A stretch of DNA of 50,856 bases. It comes from Gammaproteobacteria bacterium RIFCSPLOWO2_02_FULL_57_10 (GTDB lineage Bacteria > Pseudomonadota > Gammaproteobacteria > Pseudomonadales > Pseudohongiellaceae). A program made the position numbers and the translations under genes. Shown here piece after piece: positions 44,691-50,856 of the stretch. Location: contig MGYS01000016.1 of assembly GCA_001802565.1 (NCBI GenBank), positions 86,719 through 137,574 on the forward strand, in the 5' to 3' direction. Position 1 is the stretch's first letter. The number at the start of each line of letters is the position of its first letter. The notes below the pieces were generated by a model, which was given only the letters and a program-made list of their open reading frames with translations, searched no databases and had not been told where the DNA came from.

Positions 44691-45656
44691 TCAATTGAAG
44701 AGATAGTGCAGAAAAACACTCGCAAACACCGCAGCCCCCACCCAGTGGTTGTTCAGGAATGCATTGAAACAACCCTCGGGCTGGCGATCCGCGATCATGC
44801 GCTGTTGCATCACGAACAGTCCCGTTGCCGCCAGTAAACCGCCGTAGAACCACAATCCCAGATCGAACTGTGCAGACGCCAGCACCATCGCCAGCAGGAA
44901 CATTCCCTGCAGCGCTCCGATCATCACCTTGTCTGCATCACCAAACAGTATTGCGGTTGACTTGACCCCTATCTGCAGATCGTATTCACGATCGACCATC
45001 GCATATTGCGTGTCATACGCGACTGTCCACAGACAATTGGCGACGAACAGTAACCACGCCGCAGACGGCAGTTCGCCACGCTGCGCCGTGAACGCCATGA
45101 GAATGCCGCAGGAGAATGCGATGCCCAGTACGACCTGAGGCAGATTCGTGTAGCGCTTCATGAAGGGGTACAGCGCAGCGACGAATACTGCAAAGAAAGA
45201 CAACTGAATCGTCAGCTTGTTCGTGAATAGCAGAAGTACAAAGCCGAGCGCACACAGCGCGCCAAAGGTAATGAGTGCTTCGTGGCGCTTCACCCGGCCC
45301 GTGATGAGCGGTCGATTGCGAGTACGCAGCACGCTGCCGTCAAAATCCTTGTCGGCAAAATCGTTGATCGCGCATCCGGCCGAGCGCATCAGCCAGGTGC
45401 CGAGCACGAAGATGAAGAGCAGATGAAGGTCGGGCCATCCTTGTGCGGCGATCCACAGAGCGGTGAGCGTTGGCCATAGTAAAAGGTATACGCCGATCGG
45501 TCTGTCCAGTCGCGTCAGCTGCACGAAGTCCGGCAGCCGCGCATGGACCGTGGGGAACTTCGCCTCCAACCAGCGGTTCAGCTTTGACTTGATAGCAATG
45601 ACGGACTGCAACGTAATTGTTCTCCATGAGTGATGCGAGTACACGCAGACAAGCAT
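44691..45656 (-). CDS. ubiA: 4-hydroxybenzoate polyprenyltransferase
   Basis: [22 protein letters not shown] and the Asp-rich motif [12 protein letters not shown]. The true start may be the TTG at 45611 (GGAGA RBS) rather than the ATG at 45656. Confidence 0.8.
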   Translation of the reverse strand: MLVCVYSHHSWRTITLQSVIAIKSKLNRWLEAKFPTVHARLPDFVQLTRLDRPIGVYLLLWPTLTALWIAAQGWPDLHLLFIFVLGTWLMRSAGCAINDFADKDFDGSVLRTRNRPLITGRVKRHEALITFGALCALGFVLLLFTNKLTIQLSFFAVFVAALYPFMKRYTNLPQVVLGIAFSCGILMAFTAQRGELPSAAWLLFVANCLWTVAYDTQYAMVDREYDLQIGVKSTAILFGDADKVMIGALQGMFLLAMVLASAQFDLGLWFYGGLLAATGLFVMQQRMIADRQPEGCFNAFLNNHWVGAAVFASVFLHYLFN

Positions 45657-45673
45657 GTTAAACGAAACCTGAC

Positions 45674-45690
45674 TGTGGGAGCGAGGGGTG
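45674..45690. repeat. Degenerate REP half-unit
   Basis: tgtgggagcgaggggtg keeps only the 5' half of the core. Confidence 0.25.
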
Positions 45691-45845
45691 TCTTTGCAAT
45701 CTGTCACATAACCGCAGTCATTCTGCCATCGCTCTGTCGCAATTCCTCCCTATCCTGAGCCCCTTGAAACGTCCCCGTGATTCCAACAGGGGCTTCTATC
45801 ATGCCGTCCCCACGCACCTGCAGGGACTCAGAGGAGACTAACCAG

Positions 45846-48800
45846 ATGACCACCAGCCGTTCCCCCGCTTCCCTCAACAAGCACGTGCCTTCGATACCGG
45901 CGACCCTGCGAAGGAAGCCTTTGTGTCTCATGGTGCAGATGGCGCTTTCAGGACTGCTGCTCGGAGCGGCTTCCAACGTGATGGCGCAAGCGCCTGCTGC
46001 TGCCAGCGGTGCTGACAGCGACTCACCCGCCATTGAGGAAGTACTGGTCACGGGCTCCAACATCCGCCGCTCCGTGAACGATGGCGTGGTGCCGGTCTCC
46101 GTGATTGGCGAAGAGGCAATGGAAGTGCGCGGGGCGCTGCTGCCGGTGGATCTGTTGAGCTCGCTCCCCTCCGTGGTCAACCTGCCCGAGAATGAAACGC
46201 GACTGGGTTCATCCGGCGCGCGCGGCGACAACGCCAACATCAACATGCGCAACATGGGCGCAACCGCCACGCTGGTGCTGGTAAATGGACGCCGCATGGC
46301 GATCAACCCGATGACTGCGGGTCTGTCTCAGGCGGTGAACGTGAATCAACTGCCTACTCAGGGCGTGGATCGCATCGAAGTGCTGCGCGATGGTGCATCG
46401 TCGATCTATGGTTCGGATGCTGTAGGCGGCGTGATCAACTACATCATGCGGCGCGAGTTCGACGGTGTCGAAGTGTCGTTGCAGCAGGGCGGTACCGAAC
46501 ACGGTGGCGGCGGCAACACTCAACTTGCACTCACGTTTGGTTCCACCAGCTTTGCCGACGGTCGTGGCCGCTTCATCGGCAGTCTTGAGGCGCTCAACCG
46601 CGACAGCATCAAGCTGACTGATCGCGATTTCAGCAAGACGTCGTTCAATTCGGATCGTGCTCCCGCTCCGTTCAACAACGTGGGTGGCGACTTCGATGGG
46701 CGCTCCGCGCGCGGTTACTGGCCGACTTTCCGAGTAGGCACTGCTACTGCCAACAACTATTTCCGCCCCGTCAATGGTGTGCCCACGCTGACCACCGCAG
46801 CGCCGAATCGCACTGCCAACCCGGAGTTCTATCTGGACCTTAACCAGTTCGGTTTTGCTTCCCCTGAAGTCAAGCGCGGCAATGCCTATCTGGCAGGCGA
46901 GTATGATCTGACGGACAACGTCACAGCCTTCGCCGAGTTCGGCTACTACATGGCACGTTCCACGATGCAGCGTCAGCCACTCGCGCTCAACGGCCCGACT
47001 TCGGACAAGTTGGTGACCATGCCCGTGGATAGCCCGTACAACCCATACGGTTCGCGTTTCTATCATCCGACTGGTGCTGCCAATGCGGATGGTTCGCCAC
47101 GTCTGACCGGCACCCCAAGAACCGTTGGTTTCACGCAGATGACCCTCGCGGGTCTCTCACCCGAAGTGATAGAGACAGACTCCGATGTACTGCGCTTCAC
47201 AACCGGTCTGAAAGGCTCTATCGGAGAGACATGGACGTGGGAAACATCGCTGTTCTACAACGAAGTGAACGGCGACGACCAGGCATATCCTGACGTACGT
47301 GAGAGCCTGTTGCAGGCTGCAGTCAACCGCACTGACGCCAGCGCCTACAACCCATTTGGTTACACTTTCAAGGTACAGAACGGTGCGGTAGTGGCAGATG
47401 TCCCATATGCCAATCCTCAAGCGGTAGTGGATTCCTTCAGCGCGGTATTTGCGCGTGAAGCCCAGGCCACGATCGCGAGTGCGGACGCGCGCGCTTCTGG
47501 CACCTTGTTCAGCTGGTGGGGCGGAGATGTGCAAGCCGCTTTCGGTGTTGAACACCGCCAGGAAGAACTGGAAGACGTCCGCCCCCCTTTCAGTGGCGAG
47601 AACCCCGCGAGCTCCGGTCTCGAGACCACCAACAACGACTTCCTGTTGCATCCACCTCGCCCTGACGTCTTTGGTGATCGTGATGTCACCAGTGCATTCG
47701 CCGAGGTGATGGTGCCACTGATCAACGAGGATGCCGAGATTCCGATGTTCAACCGTCTCGAGATGAACCTGTCGGCGCGCAGCGAACGCTACAGCGACTT
47801 TGGTAGCACCACTAAACCAAAGATCGGCCTGAACTGGAAGCCTGTCGACTGGCTGATGTTGCGCGCTTCGTACAATGAGGGATTCATGGCGCCAAGCCTG
47901 GCAGCACTCTACACCAGCCCGCGCTGGACGATCACGGCGGGCGCAGGTGACATCGACACCTACCGTAATCCTGCCCTGAACGAAGGACCTTATGTGAAGC
48001 GCACCTACTTCGGTGGTAACCCGGATCTGGCACCGCAGGAGTCCAAGGGTGACACCGCAGGTTTCGTCATCGACGTGCCATTTGTCGACGGATTGAGCAT
48101 CAACGCCGACTGGTGGCGCATCCGTCGCACCGATTTGCTGGGACAGCGCAGTGTTGGACAGATCAACGAGAGCGACGTGGCGCTGCTGACTGCTTACACT
48201 CAACAGCAACTGGCGGCCGGAGTGCCGATCGGGCAGATCGATCTCGGCAGTGGTACCGATGCTTACAAGGGTGACGCCGATGTAGAGCGTTATGCGCTGA
48301 CAGCGGAAGACAGGGCAGCCTTTGCCGCCTACAACGCCGCCAATCCAGGAAAACCAGTCGCGGCAGCAGGGCGCATCTTTTCGCGGAACCGACCGTTCCT
48401 TAATCTGTCATCCAGCGAGCACAGCGGAGTGGACTTCGGGTTCCGCTACGAACTGCGTGATCTGGCTTTCGGCGATATGAGCTTCGGTGATCTGGTGTTC
48501 AGCTCGGAGTGGGCTTACCTGGACACGGCGGAGTCCACGTTGTCACCGGCCAACGTTGCACCGACCGTCAACAACCTCCTGCTCTCCGGTGGCGCAGCCG
48601 AATGGCGCAGCACAAGCAATATCTTCTGGCGCAAGGATCGCTGGAACGCGGGGCTTGGCATCTATTACGTGGGTGAAACACACGATGGTGCCTCAACGTC
48701 CCTTGCTACCTATGAGAGTCTGGGCCGTCCGAGCTACATCGAGCCATTCTTCACCCAGGGCCGCACGGTCTACCGCCTCGTGCTCGACAGCTTTGTCACC

Positions 48801-48998
48801 TACAACCTGTCTGTTGGCTATGAGTTCGACGGGGCACGTTTTGCTGCGCTGCGCGATACCAAACTGCGCTTCGGTGTCATCAACCTGACCGACGAAGAGC
48901 CACCACTGGCCTCGGAAAACTTCGGTTACGATCCGTCCGTGAGTCAGTCTCTGTTGACTGGCCGAAGCTGGAATCTGCAAATCACGAGGAGGTTCTGA
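45846..48998 (+). CDS. TonB-dependent outer-membrane receptor (large, ~1050 aa)
   Basis: AGGAG RBS and a signal peptide ending VMAQAP. Plug region EEVLVTGSNIRR...IEVLRDGASSIYGSDAVGGVINYI. Terminal ...WNLQITRRF with the C-terminal Phe. Confidence 0.85.
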   Translation: MTTSRSPASLNKHVPSIPATLRRKPLCLMVQMALSGLLLGAASNVMAQAPAAASGADSDSPAIEEVLVTGSNIRRSVNDGVVPVSVIGEEAMEVRGALLPVDLLSSLPSVVNLPENETRLGSSGARGDNANINMRNMGATATLVLVNGRRMAINPMTAGLSQAVNVNQLPTQGVDRIEVLRDGASSIYGSDAVGGVINYIMRREFDGVEVSLQQGGTEHGGGGNTQLALTFGSTSFADGRGRFIGSLEALNRDSIKLTDRDFSKTSFNSDRAPAPFNNVGGDFDGRSARGYWPTFRVGTATANNYFRPVNGVPTLTTAAPNRTANPEFYLDLNQFGFASPEVKRGNAYLAGEYDLTDNVTAFAEFGYYMARSTMQRQPLALNGPTSDKLVTMPVDSPYNPYGSRFYHPTGAANADGSPRLTGTPRTVGFTQMTLAGLSPEVIETDSDVLRFTTGLKGSIGETWTWETSLFYNEVNGDDQAYPDVRESLLQAAVNRTDASAYNPFGYTFKVQNGAVVADVPYANPQAVVDSFSAVFAREAQATIASADARASGTLFSWWGGDVQAAFGVEHRQEELEDVRPPFSGENPASSGLETTNNDFLLHPPRPDVFGDRDVTSAFAEVMVPLINEDAEIPMFNRLEMNLSARSERYSDFGSTTKPKIGLNWKPVDWLMLRASYNEGFMAPSLAALYTSPRWTITAGAGDIDTYRNPALNEGPYVKRTYFGGNPDLAPQESKGDTAGFVIDVPFVDGLSINADWWRIRRTDLLGQRSVGQINESDVALLTAYTQQQLAAGVPIGQIDLGSGTDAYKGDADVERYALTAEDRAAFAAYNAANPGKPVAAAGRIFSRNRPFLNLSSSEHSGVDFGFRYELRDLAFGDMSFGDLVFSSEWAYLDTAESTLSPANVAPTVNNLLLSGGAAEWRSTSNIFWRKDRWNAGLGIYYVGETHDGASTSLATYESLGRPSYIEPFFTQGRTVYRLVLDSFVTYNLSVGYEFDGARFAALRDTKLRFGVINLTDEEPPLASENFGYDPSVSQSLLTGRSWNLQITRRF

Positions 48999-49939
48999 TG
49001 CTCTCGACACTGTCACGTCGCAGGATGCTGTTGGGTATGGCCGGAGTGGCTGGCGTTGCTGCCACGGGCCTCGCAACCAGAACATTTGCTGCCGAGAGCG
49101 CTGGCAACGACGCATTGCGTACCGCCTACCGGCAGTGGCTGGACTCGCTTCCGTCGGCACCGACACCTGAGCTGACACGTCACGGTCTGGTCGCCACGGA
49201 ACTCAAGCGCTGGCACATCATGGAAGCGAATCAGGGCGTCGCCGTGGATGCCGAGCACTTCTACGGCATCGGCAACCACGCGCTGGTCAAGCACCGCAAG
49301 GATAATGGCGAGCGCGTGGCCGAATGGTTCGGGCCGCGCAATGGTGCCATCATTCATTTGAATTCGGGTTGGCTTGATGGTGATCGACTGGTCCTCTCGC
49401 ACTCGAATTTCTCGCAGCTCCCCATGGCAAGCTCGCTGGAAACTTACGACGCTCGCACACTGCAACCTTTGGAAAGTTACAGCATGGGCATGCGTCTCGG
49501 GTCGCTGACCTGGGCCGTGAGGCGCGATGGATTCTGGTGGGCCTGCTTCGCCAACTACAACGATGGCGGCACGACTCCGGGATTCGACCAGCGTTGGACG
49601 CACGTGGCCAAGTTCGACGACAACTGGCAGGAGCTGCAGGCATGGCTCTTTCCGCCCCAGGTCATCGCGACGTGGGGTGACAGTGCGTGCTCGGGCGGCG
49701 ACTGGGGCGATGACGGATTGCTGTATGTGACAGGCCATGACCTGCCCGAACTGCATGTACTGCGCTTGCCAAAGCAGGGCGTGACGCTGGAATACGTGAC
49801 CACCATCGACGTGCCGTTCGAAGGCCAGTCATGGGCGTGGGATCGCAGCGCGAGAGGGGAGCGTGTGATCTACGGTATCAGTCGTGCGCGGCAGGAAGTG
49901 ATTGCGGCGAGGATCCCAGAGGTTCCGACTGAAATGTAG
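48998..49939 (+). CDS. Twin-arginine-signal periplasmic protein, unknown function
   Basis: MLSTLSRRRMLLGMAGVAGVAATGLATRTFA Tat-type signal. The ATG overlaps the receptor stop (TGATG). Confidence 0.5.
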   Translation: MLSTLSRRRMLLGMAGVAGVAATGLATRTFAAESAGNDALRTAYRQWLDSLPSAPTPELTRHGLVATELKRWHIMEANQGVAVDAEHFYGIGNHALVKHRKDNGERVAEWFGPRNGAIIHLNSGWLDGDRLVLSHSNFSQLPMASSLETYDARTLQPLESYSMGMRLGSLTWAVRRDGFWWACFANYNDGGTTPGFDQRWTHVAKFDDNWQELQAWLFPPQVIATWGDSACSGGDWGDDGLLYVTGHDLPELHVLRLPKQGVTLEYVTTIDVPFEGQSWAWDRSARGERVIYGISRARQEVIAARIPEVPTEM

Positions 49940-50013
49940 GAGCGAGCTTGCTCGCGAATGGTGCCCTGATTAGAGTGATAGGGGGTACGTTCGCGAGCAA
50001 GCTCGCTCCTACA
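49935..50013. repeat. REP inverted pair (variant core TGTAGGAGCGAGCTTGCTCGCGAA)
   Basis: tgtaggagcgagcttgctcgcgaa ... ttcgcgagcaagctcgctcctaca fills the whole spacer between convergent genes. Confidence 0.85.
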
Positions 50014-50014
50014 G

Positions 50015-50856
50015 TCAGAGGGTTCGATCGAGTAGCTTGCCGCGCAGATATACTTGATGGATGCCGCGCGTGTGGCGAATATCCTCCAAGGGATTCTGAT
50101 CGAGAATCAAAAGGTCTGCTCGAAACCCCGCCTTGATTTGTCCGCTGTTCTGCAGCCCCAGGGCCCTCGCGGCCACGCTGGTGGCGGCACTGATCGCCTG
50201 CATCGGGCTCATCCCGTGACGGACAAATATCTCCAGTTCCCGGTGTCCCACATAGCCGTAGGGATGATCACGCACTGCACCCGCATCCGTTCCGAGCACA
50301 ATATCCACGTTGGCGTTCAACAGCATTGCAAAGCTGTTGCGCAAGGTTTCCTCCAGCTGTGGATCTCTCTGCGGTACTTGCAACCGCTGTGATGATGCCG
50401 ACATGCGCAGCGCTGTGTCCGTGGGCAATGTATGCGAAAGGAAAGGGTCATCGCCAATCGCTTCACGGCGCAGTTCCGCGAGTCCCAGATTCGGGACAAT
50501 GAACACATCGTTCTGCTTGGCTGCCATGGCGATCTCGGAAGTAAATCCATTCTCCAGTCGCCCGTGCAGGAAACCGCGCACACCGGCTGCAATCAGATCA
50601 GGCATATCCTCCGCGAATTGCTGGTGAACGACGGTGGCGATTCCCGACTCTCTTGCTTCAGCAATGACAGCGCGATAGATGGCGGGGCTCAGCTTCACTT
50701 GCGAGCCATTGCGATCATCCACCCAGAGTTTGATGAAGGGGATCTCGAGTTCAGCGACAGCGCGCACCGCTTCCCGTGCCTGCGCTTCGTTCGCCAGACC
50801 ACGCAGGATTGTATTGCCGGTCTGTTGTTGTACCGCCAATGCCTCGATCAGAAATT
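50015..50856 (-). CDS. Amidohydrolase-family protein, 5' partial (continues beyond window end)
   Basis: The frame is open to the window edge. Motifs FIKLWVDD, VHQQFAEDM..GFLHG, IVLGTDAG and a C-terminal IHQVYLRGKLL typical of metal-dependent amidohydrolases. Confidence 0.7.
   Translation of the reverse strand, partial: FLIEALAVQQQTGNTILRGLANEAQAREAVRAVAELEIPFIKLWVDDRNGSQVKLSPAIYRAVIAEARESGIATVVHQQFAEDMPDLIAAGVRGFLHGRLENGFTSEIAMAAKQNDVFIVPNLGLAELRREAIGDDPFLSHTLPTDTALRMSASSQRLQVPQRDPQLEETLRNSFAMLLNANVDIVLGTDAGAVRDHPYGYVGHRELEIFVRHGMSPMQAISAATSVAARALGLQNSGQIKAGFRADLLILDQNPLEDIRHTRGIHQVYLRGKLLDRTL

Noticed and set aside
45708-45845. Possible riboswitch or Fur box upstream of the TonB-dependent receptor
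   Set aside because: I found no B12 box, TPP-type conserved core or GATAATGATAATCATTATC-like Fur motif by eye, only a weak hairpin (gcccct...aggggc).
46209-48209. 285-aa and 350-aa minus-strand ORFs
   Set aside because: Both are antisense to the TonB-dependent receptor gene and have low-complexity Arg/Ala/Val-rich translations.

Overview
This is a GC-rich chromosomal segment: spot counts on single 60-nt lines give about 60% GC. It comes from a Gram-negative, probably gammaproteobacterial, genome and is densely coded on both strands.

**Backbone genes**
- Housekeeping and metabolic genes: maeA, argG, uvrD, a gcdH-like acyl-CoA dehydrogenase, ubiA, arfB, yaaA, rlmA.
- An ECF sigma/anti-sigma module, several secreted hydrolases, a TonB-dependent receptor locus and three hotdog-fold thioesterases around a GlxA-type regulator.
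- Two type II toxin-antitoxin pairs (brnTA, hicAB).
- At least ten copies of a REP-type palindromic element (core TGTGGGAGCGnGCCCTGCnCGCGAT). Most are inverted pairs in intergenic spacers.

**Standout region**
The standout is a compositionally distinct island of about 9 kb, roughly 28.96-38.10 kb. Its left end is about 35% GC by spot count, and decayed gene fragments bracket it on both sides.
- One strand carries, with tight or overlapping junctions: a fatty acyl-AMP ligase, an acyl carrier protein, an LpxL/LPLAT-family acyltransferase with a long N-terminal extension, a HlyD-type adaptor and a C39-peptidase ABC exporter.
- These are followed by an 84-aa precursor peptide with a textbook double-glycine leader, then an AT-rich 4-TM membrane protein.
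- A ferritin-like diiron protein is transcribed divergently.
- I read this as a candidate lipid-tailored (acyl-ACP dependent) class II microcin-like system. It combines HlyC-like logic with a GG-leader peptide. This is inference from gene content only.

**Limits**
I recognised no rRNA, tRNA, CRISPR array, transposase or integrase. Coordinates of non-coding features were hand-counted and may be off by 1-2 nt.
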